This document shows positions 6,623-16,244 of a stretch of 64,000 nt of DNA, piece by piece. Source of the stretch: a virus. The position numbers and the translations under genes were made by a program. The stretch covers positions 64,001 to 128,000 of the IMG/VR virus record IMGVR_UViG_3300045988_165974. The stretch is one strand, 5' to 3'. The notes below the pieces were generated by a model. It searched no databases, was not told where the DNA came from, and was given only the letters and a program-made list of their open reading frames with translations. Within the stretch, counting starts at the first letter, position 1. Every line of letters begins with the position of its first letter.

Positions 6623-7357
6623 ATGTTTACACTAGGCAACAGTAAAATTAAAACGGCACTAAGAAATATATCACAAAGGAAGTATGATTGTGATGTGTTT
6701 AAAATGGAAGTAAATAGTATATCAGAAATATGTAAAAAAGAATTTCAAGCAGAATATAGTAAGATGGAAAAATTCTCTTTCAACAAAGGATATCTTGAAT
6801 TTACATTTAAAGACCAAGCAGTAATTGGCTATTTTGAAATACAAGGATTTAATATAAGTTTAATTATTGCTCCCACAAATAATGTTTATGGCAGTAGTTT
6901 TATCTTTAATGCAAATATAAAAGATATGCAAGGAGAAGTTGGATATGTAAAGAATTCTTTATTAATATTAGTGGAAGAAGATGAATCTTTGCATAAGAAA
7001 ATTAGTGCAATTGGAAAGACATTATGCGAAGGAATCTTAGTTGCAAATTATTTAGCTCAAACAAATCCAACAATAATAAAAGACAATGAAACTAGGATTG
7101 TTAAAAAGTCAAATAAAAAGAGAAAACATAAAAATAAAACTATCAGGAAAATAAACCTTACTAATATAAGACATGTAAAAGAATACAGTAATACTAATAT
7201 AAATACAGATAAAAGAAATTACGAAAGACATACTGAATCTTGGACTGTAAGAGGGCATTACAGACATTATAAAAGTGGTAAGGTAGTTTGGATAGAACCA
7301 TCTACTAGAGGGACTGGAAAACCTCAAGGAAAAGTTTACAATATAAATGTTGAATAA
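6623..7357 (+). CDS. hypothetical protein with basic C-terminal region
   Basis: ORF track; GGGGGA RBS. Confidence 0.55.
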   Translation: MFTLGNSKIKTALRNISQRKYDCDVFKMEVNSISEICKKEFQAEYSKMEKFSFNKGYLEFTFKDQAVIGYFEIQGFNISLIIAPTNNVYGSSFIFNANIKDMQGEVGYVKNSLLILVEEDESLHKKISAIGKTLCEGILVANYLAQTNPTIIKDNETRIVKKSNKKRKHKNKTIRKINLTNIRHVKEYSNTNINTDKRNYERHTESWTVRGHYRHYKSGKVVWIEPSTRGTGKPQGKVYNINVE

Positions 7358-7370
7358 GGGGGACTAAAAC

Positions 7371-7745
7371 ATGGTAGAAGTAAATAAATTATACAGATGC
7401 AGACAAGATATAGTTTTAAATCCAAGTACAGTTGATAAAATCAATATATCATTAGACTTAGATATGGGAAATACAGTTATGGCAACTATTGATGATGTTG
7501 GGATATATAAACCTATAACAATTTCAGAATTTAATTTAGCAAAAGAAATACTTAAGAAAAAAGCAGAGCAGCTAATTATAGAGAATAAAGAAGTGGACCA
7601 TGTAATATACTCTATAGTAGAAACTGACTATGAAGGTTATTGTAATCGAATAATTATATGTCTTATTCCTCTTACTCATGAAGAATATGTTAGAAGAATG
7701 AGACTTTTAAACGACACAACAAAGTGTTTTGTATTAAATAGATAA
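7371..7745 (+). CDS. hypothetical protein
   Basis: ORF track; GGGGGA RBS. Confidence 0.55.
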   Translation: MVEVNKLYRCRQDIVLNPSTVDKINISLDLDMGNTVMATIDDVGIYKPITISEFNLAKEILKKKAEQLIIENKEVDHVIYSIVETDYEGYCNRIIICLIPLTHEEYVRRMRLLNDTTKCFVLNR

Positions 7746-7759
7746 TAGGAGGGTTTTAT

Positions 7760-8707
7760 ATGAGTAATTGTTATAAAGAGTTTTTAGGATATATGAAAGA
7801 TGTGCAAGGAGTTGATAATAAAACTCTAGTATGTTACGAAAAAAATTTAAAAGACTTTAACGAGTATATTTTTGGTGGGAAAGCAGATACTACTTTTGAA
7901 GAAATAGCAAACTTAAAAGTATCTGAAATACAAACAAAATGGCTCAATAGACTTAAAGATGAAAAAGGATATAAATCAAATACCTTAAACAACCGCATAA
8001 TTACACTTACAAGACTTTACACATATATGGTAGGAGAAAACTATACTACTGTAAATAAAGGCAAACTAATACCTCATTACAAAGGCGACAAGAAAGTTAA
8101 AAAAGAAATATCAACTGATGATTATATATCTTTATTAGAAGAACTTAGAAAAAATAGAGATAAAAACTTCACTAGTCTTAGAAATTGGTTTATGGTAGAA
8201 TTCTTTTTAGCAACTGGACTTCGTAGAGCGGAAATCATAGCATTAGACATCGAAGATGTAAATATTCTTACTGGTGAAATAAAAGTCACTAGAAAATATG
8301 ACGAAGGTGTTAAATTTGGTAAAGAAAGAATAGAGTATCTTCCAGAAATACTTTTAGATGATTTACACTATTATCTTTCACATAGATTAGACATAGAAAC
8401 AGATAGTGATGCTTTCTTTATTTCTACTCATAAAAAAAGAATGTGCGCATCTAATATCAATAAGCTGCTTAATAAGATAGCAGATAATAACGGCATGAAA
8501 ATACACCCTCATATGCTTAGAGCGGGATTTTCAAGCAATACCATTAATAGTGGTAGGGTAGAATCATATGAAGTCGCAGAAGCGATGGGACACAGTAATA
8601 AGACTACTACTTTGAACTATTATCATAAGTCTAATACAGAAGTATTAAAGAAAGTTGCCAACAGTAATATGATATTTGACAAAAGACAAGATGATAATGT
8701 AATATAA
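7760..8707 (+). CDS. tyrosine recombinase/integrase (XerC/D-like)
   Basis: ATGLRRAE (Arg box), HPHMLRAGF (HxxR) and GHSNKTTTLNYYH (Tyr box). Confidence 0.85.
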   Translation: MSNCYKEFLGYMKDVQGVDNKTLVCYEKNLKDFNEYIFGGKADTTFEEIANLKVSEIQTKWLNRLKDEKGYKSNTLNNRIITLTRLYTYMVGENYTTVNKGKLIPHYKGDKKVKKEISTDDYISLLEELRKNRDKNFTSLRNWFMVEFFLATGLRRAEIIALDIEDVNILTGEIKVTRKYDEGVKFGKERIEYLPEILLDDLHYYLSHRLDIETDSDAFFISTHKKRMCASNINKLLNKIADNNGMKIHPHMLRAGFSSNTINSGRVESYEVAEAMGHSNKTTTLNYYHKSNTEVLKKVANSNMIFDKRQDDNVI

Positions 8708-8740
8708 AAATAGTATAAATAAAATATAGAGGTGATTAAT

Positions 8741-9430
8741 ATGATGAAAAACAAAAACTCAATTGGGTTCTATATAGAAAGTTTAGGATTCGATTTAGAT
8801 AAAGTTTGGGATTTTGAAAAGAATACAAAAAATCCTGATGAAGTTACAAAAATGTCAAATGTTGAAATATGGTTAAAATGTGTTAATCATGATTATCACG
8901 GCAGCTATAAAACAACTGCTAAGGCTTACTATTATTCCTCTTCTACAGAGGGATATGGTTGCCCTTACTGTTCTAAAATAAGTCCAAATAGAAAGGTCCA
9001 TATACTTGATAGTTTTGCATATAAACATCAAGATTGGGCAAAATGGTGGGATAGTTCTAATAAGAAAACTCCTTTTGAATGCAAAGGAAATGAACAACAT
9101 GAGACATTTAAATTTACTTGTCCTGTTTGTGGCTACAGTTTTGAAAGTACATTAATGTTCCTTTCTGATTTAAAATTTAAACATGTATGTGAATCAGATA
9201 AAACAAGAGGTAAGGGGTATGATGAATATCAAGATTACAGAAAACAACAACAGTTTGAAAGAGCAGCAAAGCACATAAAGAAATCTGGTAAAGGAGAATG
9301 GGAACTTATAGAATTCAATGGAACAAACAGACCTGGTACTGTTAAGCATCATTGTGGAGCAACTAAGACAGTTACTAGAATATCTTCTTTATATAATAAA
9401 AATATAGTTTGTCCTAATTGTGATAAATAG
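8741..9430 (+). CDS. multi zinc-ribbon protein (treble-clef type)
   Basis: ATG with a GAGGTGA RBS (the track start at 8732 is GTG). GCPYCS, CPVCGY and CPNCDK motifs. Confidence 0.6.
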   Translation: MMKNKNSIGFYIESLGFDLDKVWDFEKNTKNPDEVTKMSNVEIWLKCVNHDYHGSYKTTAKAYYYSSSTEGYGCPYCSKISPNRKVHILDSFAYKHQDWAKWWDSSNKKTPFECKGNEQHETFKFTCPVCGYSFESTLMFLSDLKFKHVCESDKTRGKGYDEYQDYRKQQQFERAAKHIKKSGKGEWELIEFNGTNRPGTVKHHCGATKTVTRISSLYNKNIVCPNCDK

Positions 9431-9459
9431 TTGACATACTTATAAAAAAATAGTAAGAT
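9431..9459 (+). promoter_or_regulatory. sigma-A type promoter
   Basis: TTGACA, 17-nt spacer, TAAGAT. Confidence 0.55.
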
Positions 9460-9620
9460 AAAAAAAAGAGGTAGATGTCGAACCCATCTACCTTAAACAA
9501 TATTGATATAATCAATCTTTAGAATTGTTTTTAGAGTTAATCTTTTTAAATTGTATTTTTATAATACCATAAAAGGATTGATTATGTCAAGAAGTACTGC
9601 TATTTTTTAAGGAGAATTTT

Positions 9621-10577
9621 ATGAAAAAAAAGGAAGAGAAATTAGAACACTTAAGAGAATACGGCATAGTCAATTTAAATGACGGCAGATTAGTATTTTC
9701 GGCTTGTCATGATGTATCAAAAGAAGAAAATCTTACGATAATTAACGATTTAAACAAAGAAGACAAAGAAAAGAGAAACAAAATATTAGAATTCAAAAGA
9801 TTTAATAGAAAGTTAGGAGGATTTTATTTTATGGTTTACAGTAATAACAAAGCTTTATTTTCTGAAATTCCAGAAGTTAAAAATGAGGACTTACCTAAAT
9901 TGCTTTATTTAGCCTCATACATGGATTATGAGAATAGACATGGTAATAAGGTATGTAAGGTAATAGGAGGAAATAAAAAAGTCCCTATGCCTAAGAGAGA
10001 AGTTTTTAAGCTAATAAGATTTGCAGATTCAACAAAGGCAAAAAATTGGTTTTTAAAAATGGAGAAATTAGGACTATTATATATTTATGATGATTCAGTA
10101 GAACTAAATGAAAAATATTTTATTAAAGGCTGTACTGGAACAGAATATAAATATAGTCGAGTTTATATTAACACGATAAGGGGATTATATACTAATTGTG
10201 ATTTAAGAAAACATAGACAAATTGGCTTAATATTAAGACTATTGCCTTATATGAATATAAATTCAAATATACTTTGTAGCACTAGTGAAGATGAAATTCA
10301 CAAACTAGATAGATATGAAATTGCAGAAATACTTGATGTAAAAGACGATAAGAGAAATTTATCTAAAATGATAAGAACTCTTTTAAATCTTAAAGTTGAT
10401 TTTGAAAATTATAAATTGCAGGTATTTAAATTAGTAAAAGTATATGACACCAATTTTGTTGAAGAATATTTTGTAGTCAATCCAATTTTAGCATATAAAG
10501 GAGATGACTATTATAAGATGCAAGAAATCCTAAAAACATATTTCTTTGATGAAGATGATATTAAAGTAATAAGATAA
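9621..10577 (+). CDS. Rep-like/replisome-organiser-like protein (paralog family copy 1)
   Basis: Paralogous to 18510..19445 (LGGF...LLYLASYMDY versus LIYLATYIDY; NP-x-L/I-x-xKG-D near the C-terminus). Iterons lie immediately downstream. The function is inferred. Confidence 0.5.
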   Translation: MKKKEEKLEHLREYGIVNLNDGRLVFSACHDVSKEENLTIINDLNKEDKEKRNKILEFKRFNRKLGGFYFMVYSNNKALFSEIPEVKNEDLPKLLYLASYMDYENRHGNKVCKVIGGNKKVPMPKREVFKLIRFADSTKAKNWFLKMEKLGLLYIYDDSVELNEKYFIKGCTGTEYKYSRVYINTIRGLYTNCDLRKHRQIGLILRLLPYMNINSNILCSTSEDEIHKLDRYEIAEILDVKDDKRNLSKMIRTLLNLKVDFENYKLQVFKLVKVYDTNFVEEYFVVNPILAYKGDDYYKMQEILKTYFFDEDDIKVIR

Positions 10578-10583
10578 ATAGAT

Positions 10584-10612
10584 TCGCTCTGATTAATTTC
10601 AGGGCGATTTTT
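10584..10612 (+). terminator. rho-independent terminator
   Basis: Stem tcgctctga/tcagggcga followed by a T-rich tract. Confidence 0.6.
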
Positions 10613-10615
10613 AAT

Positions 10616-11032
10616 ATTTTTGAACATTGGTGTATTTGAGGACGATTTTAAAAAATAAAAAACCACTCAAATGCCGATAAGAGTGGTTTAAACTAAAAAA
10701 CTTTTCATCTTAAGGAACTATCACTCTACGACCAAATAGATTACAGTTCTCTTATTTTTATTATATCATGTATAGAAAAATTTTGCAAGAATTTATTTTT
10801 TAAACAACTTCATGTTTTTGAACATCGGTGTATTTGAGGCAGACTTTTTATATAAAATCCATGTTTTTAAACATTAGTGTATTTGAGGACGATTTTAGAA
10901 AAAAACACATTAAAAACATTGATATTTCAACGATTGCATAGCAATAGGATTTGATTAGGTTAAATTTAATGGTCTACTTTGAGGCAGAAAAAAACAACGA
11001 TTTTGACACTTTGAGGCAGATTTTTAAAATGG
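10616..11032. repeat. iteron cluster (candidate replication origin)
   Basis: Three 28-nt direct repeats, GAACATyGGTGTATTTGAGGmmGAyTTT, at 10622-10649, 10820-10847 and 10869-10896. Two half-sites TTTGAGGCAGA at 10978-10988 and 11010-11020. The spacers are AT-rich. Confidence 0.65.
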
Positions 11033-11310
11033 CAGAGAATGTTGATATTTCAACAATAACTCCAATTTTAGGTAGTTGCATCATTATTATTATTCTCTCT
11101 ATATAGCTAACGCCAAATTCTTTTCCGATAAACGAGAAATATTCTTTAAATTTTCCCAAGTGATTAATTAGTTTTCGTGATATAAAAACACATGGAAAAT
11201 TCTGTTCAGATTTATTTTTATCTTCCCTCACTTCATAACAAATAGATAAGATAGAAACAACTAGATGTTCAGTCCAGCTAAAAAAACATCTGAACTTTTA
11301 CAAATTATTC

Positions 11311-11339
11311 TTGACATTTTTATATTAAAATACTATAAT
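11311..11339 (+). promoter_or_regulatory. sigma-A type promoter
   Basis: TTGACA, 17-nt spacer, TATAAT. Confidence 0.65.
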
Positions 11340-11451
11340 CTACTTATAAACAGTAAAGGAGAGATTCAATCATGAAAAATAACTCTTCATTTTATAGGAA
11401 ATAAGGGTTTTATACTTGTTGTATAATTCCCAAATAAAAAGGAGAAGGAAA

Positions 11452-12369
11452 ATGAAAGAAATCAATATTTATAACGAAAAAAAAGTAGAAGAAGTTATGT
11501 CAACATGGAAACCAACTGCAAGAAATTCTGCTAAAGGTGGTTATAAAAAATTACTTTTTTACTTAAAAAGAGAAGGTTCTTTAAAAGTAAAAGGGAAAAA
11601 CTATTATACAACAAAAGACATGTTAGACAGATATTTAGAAGAGACAACAAATAAGAGTTCGTATCAGGCTATGAGTATTATTAAAACTTATATGAACAAA
11701 CTGTTTAGAGAGTTGGAAATTGATTATCAATTCGAAGCAATATCTAGTAAGCAATACATTAGAAATACAGACTTTTACAACAAAGAAGAAGTAAAACAAA
11801 TAGCTCTATTAACTAGAAATGCACAGGATAGATTTATAATCTACGGACTGTTTAGCGGTCTAAAAGGCAGCAAGTTTTGTGAGTTATTAGATTTAAAAAC
11901 GAAAGACATAGATTTTAAGCACAATCTAATTAAAATAAACAATAGAAAAATAGAAATGGATGAATTCATGACTATGATAGCTAAAGATACAGTTAATCAA
12001 GAAATTTATTATAAGAAAGGGGAGAAAGAAAACACTAGTAAGTCATCTATGTTTTATGAACTTAATATGCATAGTGAATATGTTTTAAAACCAAAGCCAT
12101 ACGCTAAAAACAATAAAGGTTTAAAGCCATTTAGTTTATGTGGATTTAAAACAAAGCTAGAAAAAATAAGTGCAGATTTAGAGGGTTCTAGTTTTTATCC
12201 AGTTTTAGCAGACAAACTGTATAAGTCAGGAATCTTATATCAAATGAAAAAAATAGAAGAAGAAACAGGTATAGTATGGAAAAATAAAAATCTTGATGAC
12301 TGGAAAAAAACAGAAGGCTTAATTTTTGGTACTTCTGAAATTCTAAATATCTATAGACAAATGAATTAA
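11452..12369 (+). CDS. hypothetical protein, possibly a degenerate integrase fold
   Basis: ATG with a GGAGAAGGA RBS, in frame within track ORF 11416..12369. RFIIYGLFSGLKGSKFCELLDLKTKDID resembles the Arg-box region of tyrosine recombinases. No HxxR or Tyr box was seen. Confidence 0.5.
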   Translation: MKEINIYNEKKVEEVMSTWKPTARNSAKGGYKKLLFYLKREGSLKVKGKNYYTTKDMLDRYLEETTNKSSYQAMSIIKTYMNKLFRELEIDYQFEAISSKQYIRNTDFYNKEEVKQIALLTRNAQDRFIIYGLFSGLKGSKFCELLDLKTKDIDFKHNLIKINNRKIEMDEFMTMIAKDTVNQEIYYKKGEKENTSKSSMFYELNMHSEYVLKPKPYAKNNKGLKPFSLCGFKTKLEKISADLEGSSFYPVLADKLYKSGILYQMKKIEEETGIVWKNKNLDDWKKTEGLIFGTSEILNIYRQMN

Positions 12370-12392
12370 CATTTCGGAAAGGGTTTTGTTGT

Positions 12393-12734
12393 ATGTTAAG
12401 AAATATTGAGGGAAATAATGTTTTAGATATGCTAAAAACATTAGAAAGAGTAGAAAAAAATAAAACAAATGAGGAATATTATATTCCTAAGTTTGAGCAA
12501 CTAAAAGGGTTTTTATACAGAAAAGAAATATTTAAAGCAATAGAAGTATTTGAAGAACTTTTTAGTGAAAAAATCAATATCTGTTTTAGAGACATACTAA
12601 CACAATATTTAAGAAACAAAACTAAGGCAGATATTGACAAAGACATTCAAAGATGGATGACAGAATACAAAAATAGAGCCGAATGGGGTTTCATAACCTG
12701 TATAGGAGCAGAAATGCATAAAAACATAGGCTAG
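12393..12734 (+). CDS. hypothetical protein
   Basis: ORF track. Confidence 0.55.
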   Translation: MLRNIEGNNVLDMLKTLERVEKNKTNEEYYIPKFEQLKGFLYRKEIFKAIEVFEELFSEKINICFRDILTQYLRNKTKADIDKDIQRWMTEYKNRAEWGFITCIGAEMHKNIG

Positions 12735-12802
12735 GGTTCTCCCTAGTCTTTAGGAGGTAATTATAAGAACTTTTAAATTTAGTAAGAAATGGAGATGATT
12801 AG

Positions 12803-13723
12803 ATGAATAATTACAGTACAGAAGTTAAGAAAAGATTTTGTAAAGACTTTGACATTCCAATTAAGATATATAGCGAGCCTTACTGGAGTTACTTGACAAA
12901 CTTATATGAAAACTATTTTGGATTGTCAGATAAGTTTATTTTACTAGATGAAGAAATCAGTAAATGCAATTCAGAGCAAGAGTTTTTAGATAAAATGTTT
13001 CATCTTAGAGACGATATTATAACAAAAACAAAAGAGACGGATGCTTATAAACATTTTTTAGAAATGGATATGAATAAATATGGGGTTAAATCAAAATTTT
13101 CAAGTAAGCACATTTATAATAATCAAAATGTTGGAAAAGTCTTTATATCAATTGACTTGATAAAAGCAAACTTTCAAGCATTAAAATATATTGATAAAGA
13201 CCTCGTATTTGGCTCTGAGACATACGGAGAGTACCTTGACGGGTTTACCGATAGTAAGTATCTAAAAGAGAGTAAAAGGCTAAGACAGGTCATTTTTGGG
13301 AATATGAATCCTAAGCGACAAGTTACAGTAGAAAAATTTCTAATGAATCAAGTCCTAGGCTTATTGGAAAGAAAATATGAATTAGGGACAATAGTTTCTT
13401 TTTCCAATGATGAAATCATATATCAAGCAGATGATTTTGTTGCAGAATATTTAACTAATTTTCTTCCTGAAAATATAAAAAACATAGTAAAGGCAAATTT
13501 AGGATTAGATGTTCGTGTTGAAATATTTAAACTTTGCAAAATAGAAAATTCAGACTTCTATGTAAAAGAGGATTTAAATACAAATGGATATAAATTGATG
13601 TGTGTTCCAGCGAATTACTTTTCTCAAGCATATAAAAAATATAACGGATTACAAATTGTTGATATGGATTTAACTTTCTGGTATGAAAATCAATTGTGTA
13701 AATTTATAAATCCATTGTTTTAG
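12803..13723 (+). CDS. hypothetical protein (weak PolA-palm-like motif pattern)
   Basis: ORF track; GGAGATGA RBS. See findings for the speculative motif resemblance. Confidence 0.6.
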   Translation: MNNYSTEVKKRFCKDFDIPIKIYSEPYWSYLTNLYENYFGLSDKFILLDEEISKCNSEQEFLDKMFHLRDDIITKTKETDAYKHFLEMDMNKYGVKSKFSSKHIYNNQNVGKVFISIDLIKANFQALKYIDKDLVFGSETYGEYLDGFTDSKYLKESKRLRQVIFGNMNPKRQVTVEKFLMNQVLGLLERKYELGTIVSFSNDEIIYQADDFVAEYLTNFLPENIKNIVKANLGLDVRVEIFKLCKIENSDFYVKEDLNTNGYKLMCVPANYFSQAYKKYNGLQIVDMDLTFWYENQLCKFINPLF

Positions 13724-13733
13724 GAGGAAGAAA

Positions 13734-14903
13734 TTGCTAAAGAGTTACAAAACGGAAATAAACCCAACACAGGAACAAATACAAAAGATAAATAAAACAA
13801 TTGGAACTTGTAGATTTATTTATAATTTTTACATCGCTCATAATAAAGAACTCTATAACAAGGGCGAAAAATTTATGACGGCAAAATCATTCAGTGTTTG
13901 GTTAAATAATGAATTTCTACCAAATAATCCGAATTATTCATGGATAAAAGAAGTAAGTTCTAAATCAGTTAAAAAATCTATGGAAAATGCTTATACTGCT
14001 TTTAATAAGTTTTTTAAGAAACAAAGTAAGTTTCCTAGATTTAAGAAAAAGAATAAATCTGATGTAAAAATGTACTTTGTAAAAAATAATCCAAAAGATT
14101 GTTTCTGTGAAAGACATAGAATTAATATTCCTACTCTTGGATGGATTAAATTAAAAGAAAAGGGATATATTCCTACTACTAAAGACGGATATGTAATTAA
14201 AAGTGGTACGGTTTCTTGCAAAGCTGGAAGATATTATGTATCAGTTTTAATTGATACTTCTGATACAGAAAAACCACAATTAAATGACTTTGGATTAGGA
14301 ATTGATTTAGGTGTTAAAGAATTTGCGGTAATTAGTAATGGAACTATAAAGAAAAATATAAATAAAACTGCTAAATTAAAAAAAATAGAAAAACAATTAA
14401 AAAGAGAACAGCGTTGCCTATCGAGAAAATACGAAGGATTAAAGAAACGCAACAATAAAATGAAAGGAGAAGCCACTAGGCAAAATATTAAAAAACAAGT
14501 CTTAAAGGTACAGAAACTTCATCAAAGAATGGATAATATTCGTACTGATTATATCAATAAATGTGTAAATGAGATAGTGAAAACCAAGCCATCTTATATT
14601 ACCATTGAAGATTTGAATGTAAAAGGAATGATGAAGAATAAACATCTCTCTAAGGCAGTTGCTTCACAGAAATTCTATGAATTTAGAACTAAACTTGAAA
14701 CAAAATGCAAAGAATTAGGAATTGAATTAAGAATTGTAAATAGGTGGTATCCATCGAGTAAATTGTGTCATGAATGTGGTTGTATCAATAAAGATTTAAA
14801 ACTTTCTGACAGAGAATATATTTGTGGATGTGGATACCATGCTGATAGAGATTATAATGCAAGTCTTAATTTGAGAGATGCAATATCCTACAAAATAGCA
14901 TAA
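13734..14903 (+). CDS. tnpB: TnpB (RuvC-like RNA-guided nuclease family)
   Basis: RuvC triad contexts GIDLGVKEF, ITIEDLNVKGM and HADRDYNASLNL. Zn finger CHECGC...CGCG. AGGAGG RBS with a TTG start. Confidence 0.85.
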   Translation: MLKSYKTEINPTQEQIQKINKTIGTCRFIYNFYIAHNKELYNKGEKFMTAKSFSVWLNNEFLPNNPNYSWIKEVSSKSVKKSMENAYTAFNKFFKKQSKFPRFKKKNKSDVKMYFVKNNPKDCFCERHRINIPTLGWIKLKEKGYIPTTKDGYVIKSGTVSCKAGRYYVSVLIDTSDTEKPQLNDFGLGIDLGVKEFAVISNGTIKKNINKTAKLKKIEKQLKREQRCLSRKYEGLKKRNNKMKGEATRQNIKKQVLKVQKLHQRMDNIRTDYINKCVNEIVKTKPSYITIEDLNVKGMMKNKHLSKAVASQKFYEFRTKLETKCKELGIELRIVNRWYPSSKLCHECGCINKDLKLSDREYICGCGYHADRDYNASLNLRDAISYKIA

Positions 14904-14904
14904 A

Positions 14905-15094
14905 CAAGCATTTGTAGGTATGTACCGATGGCTTTAGTCGGGAATTTACGACTGTGGACTGTACAAGAACTTGTGAGTAGTGTATTACTTTGTAATCACA
15001 AAAGCATACAGGATGAAACAGTAAGAAAAGTTTGTGAAAACTTTCAATATCTCGATATGGGTATATTTGTCCATATTTTGAGTGGCAGGAAGAC
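14905..15094 (+). ncRNA. putative omega-RNA (reRNA) scaffold of the solo TnpB
   Basis: Lies directly 3' of tnpB. About 100 nt (ATGTACCGATGGC...CACAAAAGCAT) are highly similar to the orphan copy at 35185. The 5' boundary probably lies inside tnpB, so both ends are approximate. Confidence 0.5.
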
Positions 15095-15349
15095 ATGCAG
15101 CTATATAGAACAAAGAGAAATGAGTTAAATGATAAGTTAAGAAATACAAAAACTATGGACCAGTTGTTATCTCTTGAAGGAGAAACTCTGTGTCATGGGT
15201 TTGGTTTCTATTCAAAACGTTGCCAAGATAGACAAATAAGTAATTTCAGAAATGGAGTTGACGGCAAAGTCCAATATCTATATGTTGATGACAAGAAGTT
15301 AGGATATTCTCAAATAAAAAATCTATATAAATATTTTGAAATCAGATAA
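15095..15349 (+). CDS. hypothetical protein
   Basis: ORF track. The AGGAAG RBS-like sequence lies at the presumed right end of the TnpB unit. Confidence 0.45.
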   Translation: MQLYRTKRNELNDKLRNTKTMDQLLSLEGETLCHGFGFYSKRCQDRQISNFRNGVDGKVQYLYVDDKKLGYSQIKNLYKYFEIR

Positions 15350-15360
15350 AGGAGGCTATT

Positions 15361-16059
15361 ATGAATTTTAAAACAGATGAAGAAAGAAATAACTTTGTAA
15401 CAGATAATATGAGCCTTGTACCATTTTTAGTAAATAGATATTTCATGAATTATGTTGGAATAGATTCCGCATGGGAATATGAGGATATTTTACAGCTTGG
15501 ATATATTTCATTAATAAAAGCTACAAATAAATTTGATGAAAATGTAAATATAAAATTTTCATATTGGCTAAGACTTTTCATGAAAAGAGAATTTCAAAAC
15601 ACTTTTAGAGAAGTCAGATGTGGAATTAGATATAAGAGAGACATACCTAAGAAAAGAGATATGGTAATTAAATTAGCAAATAATGGTTTTACAGATAAAG
15701 AAATATCTAAAAAGACAGGAATGTCTTTAAAAGATATAGATAGCATGAAACAAATCTCATATAATGGCATTAGTTTAGATGCATTAGACGATGACGGAGA
15801 AGAAACAGATTTTACATCTATTGATAGACTTATGTACAAATCTAAGAATTATTCTACTTTGGATATAGAAGAGGATATTTTAGAAGGCTTTTCAGAAAGA
15901 GATAAAGACATTTTTAAATTAGCTAAAATAGGTGGGTTTACACATAAAGAAATTGCTAAAAAATATAATATGTCTGCCAAGAATGTTGGAAGAATAATAT
16001 GTGATATAAAAAAAGGAATGAAAGAAAAGGCAAATCCAGATATGAAAAAAGTTAGCTAA
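15361..16059 (+). CDS. sigma-70 family sigma factor
   Basis: Region 2-like LGYISLIKATNKFDENVNIKFSYWLRLFMKREF. Region 4 HTH GGFTHKEIAKKYNMSAKNVGRII. Confidence 0.8.
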   Translation: MNFKTDEERNNFVTDNMSLVPFLVNRYFMNYVGIDSAWEYEDILQLGYISLIKATNKFDENVNIKFSYWLRLFMKREFQNTFREVRCGIRYKRDIPKKRDMVIKLANNGFTDKEISKKTGMSLKDIDSMKQISYNGISLDALDDDGEETDFTSIDRLMYKSKNYSTLDIEEDILEGFSERDKDIFKLAKIGGFTHKEIAKKYNMSAKNVGRIICDIKKGMKEKANPDMKKVS

Positions 16060-16074
16060 ATTTAAAAAATAATG

Positions 16075-16103
16075 TTGACAAACTAGTATAAAAAACATAT
16101 AAT
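16075..16103 (+). promoter_or_regulatory. sigma-A type promoter
   Basis: TTGACA, 17-nt spacer, TATAAT. Confidence 0.65.
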
Positions 16104-16170
16104 ATAATTAAGTTAAATACTTAATAGAATTTAACAAATAACAAATTTCCTCATATATCTTATCTATCTC

Positions 16171-16205
16171 GGCTCAAGATTATCCCCCTTGAGCCTATTT
16201 TTTTT
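16171..16205 (+). terminator. leader terminator/attenuator upstream of the BRO gene
   Basis: Stem ggctcaag/cttgagcc with a C-rich loop, then a T8 run. Lies about 70 nt after the promoter and before the RBS. Homologous to 18464..18495. Confidence 0.65.
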
Positions 16206-16244
16206 AAGTATTTGACTAAACTATAAAGATTGGAGAAGACAAAA

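Larger units (their letters stand above)
13724..15094 (+). mobile_element. solo TnpB unit (IS200/IS605-type accessory gene plus omega-RNA region); ends not defined
   Basis: The tnpB TTG start lies 10 nt after the upstream stop codon and no tnpA is present. A structured non-coding tail of about 190 nt follows. Confidence 0.5.

Noticed and set aside
10616-11032. Possibility that the spaced direct repeats form a CRISPR array
   Set aside because: There are only three full repeats, the spacing is irregular (about 170 nt and 21 nt), the repeats are imperfect, and there are no cas genes. The pattern fits iterons.
10974-11231. Minus-strand ORF of 85 aa in the origin-like region
   Set aside because: It overlaps the iteron half-sites, has no RBS, and its composition is unlike neighbouring genes. 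It was kept out of the gene list, although a small regulator cannot be excluded.
14866-15096. Minus-strand ORF 14866..15096 and its look-alike 35091..35330, which share peptide similarity
   Set aside because: The similarity comes from conserved DNA of the omega-RNA scaffold, not from coding. Both lie antisense in non-coding tails, lack an RBS, and diverge exactly where the RNA similarity ends.
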